Assembly: GCA_964016885.1 (NCBI GenBank)
Contig: OZ024741.1
Span: 366,482,001 to 366,546,000 of the forward strand
Direction: 5' to 3'
Source: Eledone cirrhosa
Lineage: Eukaryota
Length of the DNA stretch: 64,000 nucleotides
The notes under the pieces are model-generated. The model searched no databases and was not told the origin of the DNA. It saw only the letters and a program-made list of their open reading frames with translations. The translations under genes and the position numbers were made by a program. Below, in pieces: positions 1 to 11,578 of this stretch. Within the stretch, counting starts at the first letter, position 1; every line of letters begins with the position of its first letter.

Positions 1-1647
1 TGAAGGTGTTGTTGGCGGTGGGGTTGTCGCCGGTGGTGATGGTGGTGCTGGTGTGAGTGGTGATGGTGTTGGTGGTGTTGCTGCTGTGGGTCTCTTTGCA
101 GTAGACTTTACCCTTTTCTCATTTCTTTCCTCCCTTTTCAAAGGCGACGATGCGCTGCTTCTGCGTTTGTGCCTTCTTGCGACCTTTTGCCATCCCTCTC
201 CCACCTCACACTCCATGTCTGATTCTGTAAGGTCGGGGAGGGGTACCAGCTCCACTCTTTCACTTGTTGTTGTTGGTGATGTTTGCACTGGAGTCTCTGT
301 TGCAGCTGCATTTGGTATTGCTGTTGTTGTTGTTAATATTTCCACTGCTGCTGCTGTCTTTGATTTCCGTGGAGTGGGTATGGGTGCCACGGACCTATCG
401 TTCCTGGTTGCCGCTTGTCCTGTTGCTGGTAGCCGTGGAGCCGGATTCGGAAGGAGGGGGGTTTTCTCCTTTCTCAGGGTCTTCTCGTTGCAGAAGGCCC
501 TGAGGTGAGTCTTCGATCCACAGCGAAAGCATTTCGGGCGTTTGCTCTCAACACTTATGGGCAGTTGAGTGCCGTTATCGAAGTCTATCACATCCGGGAT
601 AGCTTCGATGCACTCCTGGTTGGTTTGGATTAGCATCTCAATGGAGGAGCCGACCCAATCTTCTCTTACTTTTTTCTGTACTTGCAGTACAGTTGTTTTG
701 TCCTCGATTCCGACGAGGACAGACGCGGCCAGCCAAGAAGGGGTCATTCCGGGGGGGACGTGGGTCAGTTTGACCCTCACAATTTTTTGCCCGCAGTAGG
801 AGGGCACCAACACCATTTCCTCACTCCTTAGGGTCACTACTGATTGGGCCTTTGCCTCCTGGGGTGTGGCAAAAAGTACGTCTACGGTGGCGTATTTTTT
901 GCCTCGGGTGATGTGCGTTTTCCTCTGCCACACAGACCCCAAGGCTTTTTGTATTTGGGCCTCTGTGGCTCTTTCCACCCTACGGGATTTTGTACTTACT
1001 GTACGGTACGTGACCGTACAGTGCTCTTGGGTTTCGAAAAAGTTTTTCGCTGCCTTGCAGATTGCTCGGTGTCCGTTCTTTGTCACCATCTTCTTCGCTT
1101 CCTCTAATTCCTCATTTGTTATGAGGATTGTTTCCAAGTTTTTCGCAATACCTGCAAATGAGATTGGTTTTTCTCTGCTGTTGTTGTTGTCGTCAGAGCT
1201 GCTGGTACTTTTGTTGTTGCTGCAGGTACTACGACTACTGCCTCCGCCGCTGTTGCTGTGGTTGTTGTTGGTGTTGCTGCTGCTAATGCTGTTGTTGTTT
1301 ATGCTGCTGGTGATGCTGTTGCGGCTGCTACTGTTGTTTTCATTGTCACTGTTGCTGTTGTTATTACGGCTGCTACTGCTATTATTCCTGACGTCAGACG
1401 AATGAACTGGGTTTTCGTATTTCCCGCACACCTGTTTCGTCGCTGTCGTCGTCGTCGTGGAGAAACCTTGCACGCTTTGCACGAGACTTTTCTTTTCTTT
1501 CGTCGCTTGCGAAAGAGAAGGGAGGGAGAGAGACACATTTAAAGAAGGGAGGGAGAGAGACAATCTTCTCTCTGCTGTAGTGATGATTGAGGAAGAAGAA
1601 GACGGAATGAGTGGGAGTGACGTATGAAATTTCTTTTTCGTAGCCAT
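1..1647 (-). CDS. ORF1 (gag-like nucleic-acid-binding protein) of a Tx1/L1-like LINE, partial
   Basis: Manual translation: MATKKKFHT..., a Ser/Asn-rich tract, ISFAGIAK, VRVKLTHVPP and zinc knuckle CFRCGSKTHLRAFC (codons ~531-490), then a Thr/Pro-rich tail. It is absent from the ORF track, consistent with having no stop inside the window. Confidence 0.75.
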   Translation of the reverse strand, partial: MATKKKFHTSLPLIPSSSSSIITTAERRLSLSLPSLNVSLSLPSLSQATKEKKSLVQSVQGFSTTTTTATKQVCGKYENPVHSSDVRNNSSSSRNNNSNSDNENNSSSRNSITSSINNNSISSSNTNNNHSNSGGGSSRSTCSNNKSTSSSDDNNNSREKPISFAGIAKNLETILITNEELEEAKKMVTKNGHRAICKAAKNFFETQEHCTVTYRTVSTKSRRVERATEAQIQKALGSVWQRKTHITRGKKYATVDVLFATPQEAKAQSVVTLRSEEMVLVPSYCGQKIVRVKLTHVPPGMTPSWLAASVLVGIEDKTTVLQVQKKVREDWVGSSIEMLIQTNQECIEAIPDVIDFDNGTQLPISVESKRPKCFRCGSKTHLRAFCNEKTLRKEKTPLLPNPAPRLPATGQAATRNDRSVAPIPTPRKSKTAAAVEILTTTTAIPNAAATETPVQTSPTTTSERVELVPLPDLTESDMECEVGEGWQKVARRHKRRSSASSPLKREERNEKRVKSTAKRPTAATPPTPSPLTPAPPSPPATTPPPTTPS

Positions 1648-1862
1648 GTTGTTTTTTGTTTAAAATGAAATTTTGGGTACAAAACCCCAATAACTGGTTA
1701 TTTAACCCCGAAGGGCCAAATAACGGACAGAAAGACCCCTCTCACGAGGAGGAGGGTGTCTTTATCAACAATTTGGTTCAAGTTTTAAACAATTTACAAT
1801 TGTTTTAACGGTTAAAAATTACTATACCTTACAGAGCCGAGCCTCCGTCAACCATGGCATTC
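1..1862 (-). mobile_element. 5' part of an L1/Tx1-like non-LTR retrotransposon (5'UTR + ORF1), running off the left window edge
   Basis: Minus-strand ORF from ATG 1647 with a CCHC knuckle. The 5' end abuts the (AAT)n tract at 1863-1889. Confidence 0.75.
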
Positions 1863-1889
1863 AATAATAATAATAATAATAATAATAAT

Positions 1890-4717
1890 TTTAACAAACT
1901 ATAAAGTAGGTGAACATGTTAAACAAACTAAACTTAGAAAATTGAAAAAAAAGTACAGTATAAAATCAACATGTGACAGACATGCTGATAGAAATAATCA
2001 AGCAAAAAGTGTCGGCCAAAGCTGCTCGTATAAGGCGCTTTGAAAAACGATCTAGATTCTATAAGGACAATAATATGTTCAAAAACAACCAAAGAAACTT
2101 CTACAGAAAAATTGGTAAGTCAACAATAGCTGCTAAATCAATACCACCCAAGGAGGAAGTGCAAGAATTCTGGGAAAAGATCTGGGCCGAAGAAAAAGTT
2201 CATAACATACATGCCCCATGGATAGACAGACAAATGAAAGATACAACTCATCTTGAGGAACAAACATGGGAAAATATAACAGTTGAACAGTTGCGCTTGG
2301 CTCTAAGAAAATCCAGCAAATGGAAATCCCCAGGAAAAGACAAAATACAAAGCTTTTGGATAAATGCCTTCACAGAGTCTCATGAGCTGTTAGCCCAACT
2401 TTACAATGAAATAGTTAAGGAGCCAGAAAAGATACCTTCATGGCTAGTTAACGGCATTACATTCCTGCTTCCGAAGAATGATGAGACAAACAATCCCAAA
2501 AATTACAGACCGATAACTTGCTTGACCACAATGTATAAAATTTTAACATCAGTCCTAACTGAATACACATATGACCACCTGATAACAAATGACCTATTTC
2601 CCATTGAGCAGAAAGGGTGTAAACGAGGCTCATATGGCTGTAAGGATCAGCTTCTGGTTAACAAAATGATACTAGAAGATTGTCATAATAGACACAAAAA
2701 TCTATCGATTGCTTGGATAGATTATAAAAAAGCATTCGATAGTTTGCCACACAGTTGGATTGAAAAATGTTTAGAGATTTTCAAAATATCCCCCGTTGTC
2801 AGGAGGTTTTTGTCATTCAGTATGAAGACATGGAAAACGACACTCCTTTTGAATAGTGAAACAAAATCACTGGAAGCTGGAGAAGTTAATATTAATTGTG
2901 GAATTTTTCAGGGTGACTCTTTATCACCGCTTTTATTCTGCATCGCACTTATACCATTAAGTAAAATGCTCAATGAAACAAAACATGGATATAAAGTCTA
3001 TGACAAAACCATTAATCACCTGTTCTACATGGATGACCTGAAACTATTTACAAAAAATGATGAACAATTGCAAGGGCTATTATCCACTGTGAAGCAGTTC
3101 AGTGATGACATTAAAATGGAGTTTGGACTAGATAAATGCGCAAAAGCAACGTTCACCAGAGGAAAGCTGCTGAAGAGTTCAGACATTAATCTTGATCGGG
3201 GGAACGTGATAAGAGAACTTGATCAAGAAAAAACTTACAAATATCTAGGTGTTTGTGAAGGAGACGGAATCAAGCACTCGACAATGAGGGAAAGGATAAG
3301 GAAGGAATGTTACCGCAGAGTAAGAGCAATCTTAAGAACGGAATTGAATGCAAGGAATAGGATCGATGCCATAAACACGCTTGCCATACAAGTAGTAACC
3401 TACAGTTACAATGTCATCAACTGGTCAAGCACAGAGATCCGTAGGCTCGATACAAAAATTCGAAAATTCTTAACCATGCACAGAATGCATCACCCTAAGG
3501 CAGATATGGATAGAATATATCTCCCTAGGAAAGAAGGAGGACGTGGGTTAATCCAGTTAGACATTGCGTTGAAAACTGCAACAATTGGATTATCTACATA
3601 TCTAAGGGAATCACATGATTGGATGATCAAACACGTTTTGAAACACGAAAGCATCAAAAGATCTATTCCATTACAAAAGATGCACAAAGATACAGTAATT
3701 GACTACAAATTTCAGAAGTCCCATTTACTGCTGAAATGGAAAACACAGAAAAAGCAAAGCAGGTAAAAGTAACTGCAAAGAAAGAACTGCTACAGAAACT
3801 GGCTAAGAAATGGCAAGAAAGGCCTCTGTATGGAAAATACCCAGAGCGAGCTAACAATCCTGATGTTGACAAAACTTTAACCCATCAGTGGTTGGCATCC
3901 TCTGGACTGAAATTGGAGACTGAAGGACTGATTATATCGGCACAAGATCAGTGTCTGCCAACAAAAAATTACCAAGCCAACATAATAAAAAATGGGTGCA
4001 GCCCATTATGCCGTGTATGCAAAAAACAACCAGAGACCATTGACCATATAATTTCAATGTGCAGTCCTATAGCTCCAACCGAATACCTAAACAGGCATGA
4101 CAGAGCTGCACAATACATACATTGGATAATGTGTAAGCATTTTGACCTGCCCCATCAAAAGAATTGGTGGGAGCATCAACCACCTCCCATACTTGAAAAA
4201 GATCACATCTCAATCTTGTGGAACTTTAGCATCCAAACAGACCGAAAAATAGATGCAAACAGACCTGATATAATATAGAAAGACTTTCAAAAGAGGGTAT
4301 GCCTGCTAATTGATATGTCTGTTCCAATAGACAAGAATGTATCTGTAAAAACATTTGAAAAATTGAGCAAGTATAAGGACCTGGAGATAGAAATTGGAAA
4401 AATGTGGAAATTGAGAACTAAAACAATACCAGTGGTTGTAGGCGCTCTGGGAATGATACCTAAGGGGTCTAATGATTACTTATCACAAATCCCAGGAAAC
4501 CCGCGTATAGGAGAAATACAAAAGATAGTACTAATGGGAACTGCCCATATACTAAGGAAGATTCTGTCAATATAAGTACATCACAAGTCTAAACACTAAA
4601 GATGCATGTGTGAATATGTATGTTCTTTCTTGAACATGGCGGACCTTGTTGTCTCTTGAGGTCACTGGTTGTGACTTGGTGATAACTCGTATGAACATAA
4701 AGCAAGATAAATGCAAC
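1890..4717 (+). mobile_element. 5'-truncated R4/Dong-like non-LTR retrotransposon (RT + CCHC + restriction-like endonuclease), frameshifted
   Basis: ORFs 1973-3766, 3736-4278 and 4315-4575 join through two frameshifts. Motifs: KSPGKD, NYRPITCL, EQKG, IDYKKAFDS, GIFQGDSLSPLLF, YMDDLKLF, CRVC..H..C, RHD, RPDII..D..K..KY..L. Flanked by (AAT)n on both sides. Confidence 0.9.
1973..4575 (+). pseudogene. Disrupted RT-RLE polyprotein of a Dong-like LINE
   Basis: Frameshifts near 3655-3740 and near 4275; the domains are otherwise continuous. Confidence 0.85.

Positions 4718-4815
<98 letters not shown>
4718..4815 (+). repeat. (AAT)n microsatellite: LINE tail / target
   Basis: Pure AAT run directly after the LINE 3'UTR. 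Confidence 0.98.
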
Positions 4816-4965
4816 GGGAAGAAGACGCACGAGGTGACGGAGGTCATGAAATCGCTCCCGTAAGTTTTGAATTTTTAACATATTTAAACCATTTGTGAAA
4901 TAACAACTCTTAGCACAAATGCTACGTAAAGCACCCGGCTTGAGCCCCAAAAGATTCGGACCCAA

Positions 4966-6224
4966 AATATATTGTTATAAGGCTCAAATATTCAAATATT
5001 CAACTTTGTATTGTACACTGTATATCCAAAAAAAAAAAAATGGCTATAAATGGAAGAAGAACCCCTCCCCTCCTCTCCTCTGGCTACACTATATAGGACA
5101 GCTAAACTCACCAACACCAGAAACTAGATACACCACCCACCCCATCATATGTGTACACTAAACACAACAGCCAGATAACGACACATTTTCACCTTCACCG
5201 CCACCGCTCACTACGGCCATCATTACCACCACTATCCCATCACCGCCGCCACCACCCCTTGACTCCGCTACAGCACCATCACTACAGTAATACGGTCACA
5301 TCACCGCCACCACTGCCTCGGTATCGACATCACCACCACCACTGTCTCAGTATCGCTAACGCCGCCAGTCTCCCACTTCCCTGCTGGCTGCTACTTCCAC
5401 ATTATAGAATTCCTACTACTAACAAAGAGGAAGGCATCAAAATATATAGATAGACCCAAAAGAAAAAAGAAAAAACAAACAACAAAACCAAAGCAGCACA
5501 GCAACAACAGCAAAAAACGAGAAAAACAAACAGAGAAAAACAAAAACAAAAAAAAGAAACCCCAAAAACGTAAAGAAAATATATTGTTATAAGGCTCAAA
5601 ACGTAAAGAAAATATATTGTTATAAGGCTCAAATATTCAAATATTCAACTTTGTATTGTACACTGTATATCAAAAAAAAAAAATGGCTATAAATGGAAGA
5701 AGAACCCCTCCCCTCCTCTCCTCTGGCTACACTATATAGGACAGCTAAACTCACCAACACCAGAAACTAGATACCCCACCCACCCCATCATCTGTGTACA
5801 CTAAACACAACAGCCAGATAACGACACATTTTCACCTTCACCGCCACCGCTCACTACGGCCATCATTACCACCACTATCCCAGCACCGCCGCCACCACCC
5901 CTTGACTCCGCTACAGCACCATCACTACAGTAATACGGTCACATCACCGCCACCACTGCCTCGGTATCGACATCACCACCACCACTGTCTCAGTATCGCT
6001 AACGCCGCCAGTCTCCCACTTCCCTGCTGGCTGCTACTTCCACATTATAGAATTCCTACTACTAACAAAGAGGAAGGCATCAAAATATATAGATAGACCC
6101 AAAAGAAAAAAGAAAAAACAAACAACAAAACCAAAGCAGCACAGCAACAACAGCAAAAAACGAGAAAAACAAACAGAGAAAAACAAAAACAAAAAAAAAG
6201 AAACCCCAAAAACGTAAAGAAAAT
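4966..6224 (+). repeat. Near-identical tandem duplication (period 643 bp) with a short ~31-bp duplication at the junction
   Basis: The 100-aa ORFs at 5151 and 5794 differ by one residue. 'aaacgtaaagaaaatatattgttataaggctc' is repeated at ~5566-5630. Confidence 0.95.
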
Positions 6225-6527
6225 AAGAATGAAGAGAGAAGCAGGCGGACGGACAGAGAAGAGGAGGGAAAAAGTAAAACTTAAAAAACTAAAACTAAGT
6301 CAGACATTCGAACACTACATTACAATGAAACTTATGCTTATTCATTTCTGGGGCCCTTTCTGCCTGTGTGTTTGTTTGTTTATGTGTGTTCGTATACAGC
6401 GTGGTGATAATGCCACACAAGGGCCAAGTGGGATGGCGGACCCACAGATGGCTATGTAAACATACATTCGCCAATCCTCGATAAGAGTGTTTAAATATCG
6501 AACATAAACAGTTCGAATAACGGTGAA

Positions 6528-9500
6528 ATGGAGACTAGAACGTCATGTGACAGACTCTCACCCAACAGGTGCCCCCTGGCTCAGCAGCAGGAACCTGACT
6601 GTCAACCAAATACTGCTGATGTTGGAGGAAGGAAAAGAAGGAAAGAGGCCAGAACCAACTGGACGAAAGAATTGAATAGAACTGTTATGCAATGCTACCT
6701 GAAAAAGTAACCCCAAGGAGAGGGGCTACAGGAGACGGATGCATAACATCTGGAACGAGATTGGTTTATTTAAATTAGATGAACAAAAATTGGCCGGGCA
6801 GGCTCGGGTAATAAGAACTAATGGGTGGATAAGCGAGCTGGAACTGGAGGAACTGAGCGAAGAGAATGGCTTGGAGATGGCGGGTGTAGTATGCCAGACA
6901 AGCGAGCCGGTGGGAAATGAAGGTGAGGAGGTCCTGAGAACGGAGGAACCACCCGAAGCAGACAATGATCTGAGTACTGAGATAAATAATACCTGGAACA
7001 GAGATACGGCCACTGAGGAGATGAATGCTGACGGGCTAGGACAAGATTCGGTTGACATCCTAAATTTAGTGGTAGATGAATTGAACAATGATAGTGGGAG
7101 ACCTATGAACCTAAGATTTGTAGACAGGAAAAAGTTAAAAGAAACAACAGCTAAGGTAAACAAAGTCATCCCATACCTTGAGGCGAGGAGCCTTCACCAG
7201 TGCAACAATATCCTCAGAGCAACAGCAAATACGGTGAGGAAACTACTTGGTATAAAAGCGAGAGGAAACAACAGACAAGAAAGAGCAGAGCCGTGGTGGA
7301 AGAAGCGACTGAGTGGGCAAATCGGGGAAATGAGAAATGACATAGGAAAGCTTGAGTCACTACTGAATGGGACACTAAAAAGCATAGGCACTAAAAATAG
7401 ACTGGAAATAAAATACAAAACTAGGAGTAAAAAGCTAAATATTATCATAGAGGAATTGAAGCAACGCATTGTAGCAAAGAGTGCAAAAATCAGGCGATAC
7501 GAGAACAGAGTCAGTCAGTATAAACAGAACCGCATGTTCGACAACAACCAGAAGATGCTGTTTGGACAGCTTGAGGGCAAAGAAAGAGGCAACGACTTGA
7601 TCCCTGGGGCGGAGCAAACTAAAACATTCTGGAGAGGAATATGGGAGCAGGATGTTAGACACAATGCCCAGGCAGGGTGGATTGAGACAGTACAGAGGGA
7701 GATCGGTGAGCAGGCACAGCAACAGACTGATTTGAGTATCACAGTTGAAACTCTTAAGGGACAAGCCAAAAAACTAACCAACTGGAAATCGCCAGGCCCA
7801 GATGGTGTGCAGGGGTATTGGATTAAACATCTAACATCCCTCCACCCGAAGCTGACGGCCATGTTCAATGACTGCTTGGTGTCGGGTGAGGTGCCAGAGT
7901 GGTTGACAAAAGGTACCACAGTTCTGATAATGAAAGACCGAATCAAGGGTAATGATGCTACCAACTATAGACCTATCACATGTCTGCCCGTAATGTGGAA
8001 ACTGTTGACGAGCATTGTGTCTGAGGAAATCTACCATCACCTCCACACAAACAACTTGTTACCGGACGAACAGAAAGGATGCCGAAAGAAGTCACGTGGT
8101 ACAAAGGACCAGTTGCTTATTGATAAGATGGTAATGGAGAATTGCAGGAGGAGACACACTGATCTTGCCATGGGATGGATAGACTACAGAAAGGCATTTG
8201 ACATGGTGCCTCATTCCTGGATCACCAAAAGCCTGGAGATCTTCAGGGTGGCGGATAACATCAGACAGTTGCTAGGCAGGAGTATGGGGTCCTGGGAGAC
8301 AGAGTTGACATCAACTGGAGTATCCTTGGGAAGCGTGAAGATCAAGAGAGGTATCTTCCAGGGAGATAGCCTGTCCCCTCTGTTGTTTGTCCTTGCCCTG
8401 ATGCCCTTGACCATTATGCTGCGAAAAGTGAGAGCAGGATACAAGTTGGGAAGGGGAGAGCTTACCATCAATCACCTCCTCTTCATGGACGATCTTAAGC
8501 TCTTCGGGAAAAGTGAGAAGGAGTTGGATGTGCTTGTTGACACTGTCCGTATTTTCAGCAGTGATATATGTATGCAGTTTGGTATTGGTAAATGTGGAGT
8601 CATTGTGATGAAGAGGGGTAGGTTGAGCAGAAGTAACGGGATCCAGATACCAACAGGTGAGATGATAAAGGAAATTGACTCTGAGGAAGGATACAAGTAT
8701 TTGGGCGTTCTGGAGGCTGATGGCATAAAGAACAAAAAAATGAAGGAATTGTTAAGAACTGAATACATTCGGAGAGTAAGGAGCGTATTGAAGTCACATC
8801 TGAACAGCAGAAATGCCATAAGCGCAGTAAATTCCCGAGCTGTGTCTATTATTAGGTACAGTGCGGGAATTCTGAGATGGAATGTTGCTGAACAGAAAGA
8901 AATGGATAGGAAGACTAGGAAGCTATTGACTATCTACAACATGTTCCACAAGAGGAGTGATGCCGATAGACTCTACCTAAGGAGATCTGAGGGTGGAAGA
9001 GGTCTTATCAGCATAGAGGACTGTGTTCAGATGGAGAAAAACAACCTATACAAATACGTGACCTATAGTAAGGAGCCAATGCTCAGAGCTGTACTGAAGG
9101 AGGGGACAGTAGGCCAGGGGATGTCCAGGGAGGAAATAACATCAAGGAGGAAGAGCAGCCTTAAGGGAAAACCCCTTCATAGTACCTTCTTTGAGAAAAC
9201 TGAATTTAGAGATCCACAGACATGGAACTGGTTGAGAAGAGGAGACCTCAAAAAGGCTACAGAAGGAATGCTAATGGCTGCGCAGGAGCAGGCCCTCAAA
9301 ACGAAGTGGTTGAAGCACCATATCTACAAGGAGGAGGCCAGCCCACTGTGCAGGATCTGTGGAGAGAGAGAGGAGACTGTGGCTCACATTGTGTCCGAGT
9401 GTAAACACCTAGCCCAGACCCACTATAAGGGCTGGAGACACGATGTGATGGGCAGGGTGATCCACTGGCACCTGTGCAAAGTAAATAATCTACCACATTC

Positions 9501-9921
9501 TGAGAAATGGTATGAGCATAGGCCAGAGGCGGTGATGGAGAACAATCAGGTGAAGGTGCTGTGGGATTTTAGGATACAGACGGACAAAAAACTGGAACAC
9601 AATAGACCTGACCTGGTGGTTGTGGACAAAGAAAAAAGATCGTGCCTGATTGTGGATGTGGCCTGCCCGTTCGACACGAGAGTGCAAGAGAAGGAGAGGG
9701 AGAAAATTAACCGATACCAGGACCTAAAGTGGGAGGTGAAAAGGATTTGGAACTGCCATGAAGTCAAAGTGATCCCGATTGTCATAGGCGCACTGGGGAC
9801 TATCTCCAAAAGTTTCCAGGGATGGTTAAAGAAAATCGGCCCCTTCACGCTTTTTGGAACGCTTCAAAAGGCATGCTTGCTTGGAACAGCAAGAACCCTC
9901 CGATACGTCCTGAATATCTGA
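6528..9921 (+). CDS. R4/Dong-like polyprotein (N-terminal domain, RT, CCHC, RLE); one +1 frameshift at ~6701-6706
   Basis: ORF 6739-9921 (1060 aa) has GIFQGDSLSPLLF, FMDDLKLF, CRICGEREETVAHIVSEC, RHD, RPDLVVVD, IVDVACP and KYQDL. ORF 6528-6710 (WTKELNRTVMQCY) joins SNPKERGYRRRM if one A is removed from the A-run. Confidence 0.9.
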
Positions 9922-10033
9922 GGCTGCAGGTAGTGGCTTGATATTCAATCCAACGGGCATTCCAGTTAACCAACATCAATGACTGAGATTCAAGGAATAA
10001 CAATAACAATAATAATAATAATAATAATAATAA

Positions 10034-10321
10034 TGATTTCATTTATTAGCCACAAGGGCCGACATGTAGGGGACAATACAAAGACAGGGGCAGTGCGGGT
10101 TTACAATAAATCGAGTATCGAGTAAAAGTGCACAATGGCAAGACTAATTTAACAATGAAGATATACAAAATATAAAATAAACTATACATAAATATAACAA
10201 AATAAATTCCCCGATAGGGGGTGGACGACCCTGGGGTGACTCAGGTACCCCACCAATCCTGAACCACCCTGCGCTTCTAGGGCACCCAGCGAGAGCACCC
10301 CTCTCCTCAAGTTAGCTAGCC

Positions 10322-10323
<2 letters not shown>
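10034..10323 (-). mobile_element. 3' end fragment of a probable L1/Tx1-like LINE
   Basis: Minus-strand AATAAA followed by a (TTA)n tail, bracketed by AAT tracts. Shares 'tttatta.ccaca.ggg' and 'aaattcccc.atagggg' motifs with 10380-10545. Confidence 0.5.
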
Positions 10324-10358
<35 letters not shown>

Positions 10359-10379
10359 TAATAATAATAATATAAAACT

Positions 10380-10545
10380 ACAATGTTTTCTTTATTAACC
10401 ACAGGGGTTTACATAAAGTAGACATTAAGGACAGTACAGGACAATACAGGACGGTACAAATGGGCATTTCTGCGTGTAAAAAAAACAGGATGAAATAAAA
10501 TAACAAAGAAAAATTCCCCAATAGGGGGGAATGATGATAATAATA
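10380..10545 (-). mobile_element. Second, related LINE 3' end fragment
   Basis: Same polyA-signal and hairpin motifs as 10034-10323; adjoins (AAT)n at 10326-10372. Confidence 0.45.
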
Positions 10546-10719
10546 ACAAAGATAATCATGGTAGATTTTTAGATCTAAAGATGGCTTACATATATATAGA
10601 CTTTGTGGTGCCATAATGCTTAGTCAGTCATAAATTAAACATGAAATAGAGAGAGAGAGTAATGAAGCTAAGATGTAAAGATCTATGTAATGTATGCATT
10701 GAAGAAGATTGTAATATAT

Positions 10720-11411
<692 letters not shown>

Positions 11412-11540
11412 AGGTTTTTTTTTACAAAATGAAAAATAACCGAGGTGTCCTACACGAGTGAAAGTATAAAGAAAAAGAGATGAAATCGAAAATGCAACTG
11501 AAGTCTTATTTTTTTAAAAAATATATATATTTATTTGGTT

Positions 11541-11578
11541 CCTTTACCGGTTTCGCAGTTCTTCTGCTTTTCAAAAGG
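11541..11578 (-). ncRNA. Minimal type I hammerhead ribozyme, U3-A8 core variant
   Basis: Reverse complement: CCTT-TTGAAAA-GCAG aagaa CTGC-GAAA-CCGG-TA-AAGG. Confidence 0.65.

Larger units (their letters stand above)
4816..9995 (+). mobile_element. Apparently full-length R4/Dong-like non-LTR retrotransposon with a long composite 5' region
   Basis: Bounded by (AAT)n at 4718-4815 and ~9996-10033, with no AAT tract inside. Contains the RT-RLE ORF. Whether 4816-6400 belongs to the element is inferred. Confidence 0.7.

Noticed and set aside
53-1542. Plus-strand Leu/Val-rich ORFs
   Set aside because: Antisense shadows of the minus-strand ORF1.
5151-6096. Duplicated 100-aa His/Pro-rich ORFs as genes
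   Set aside because: Non-ATG start, low complexity, and located inside the tandem duplication.
6400-6500. HDV-like ribozyme upstream of the Dong ORF
   Set aside because: Small hairpins are present (GTGGG/CCCAC), but no consistent P1-P4 nested pseudoknot could be built.
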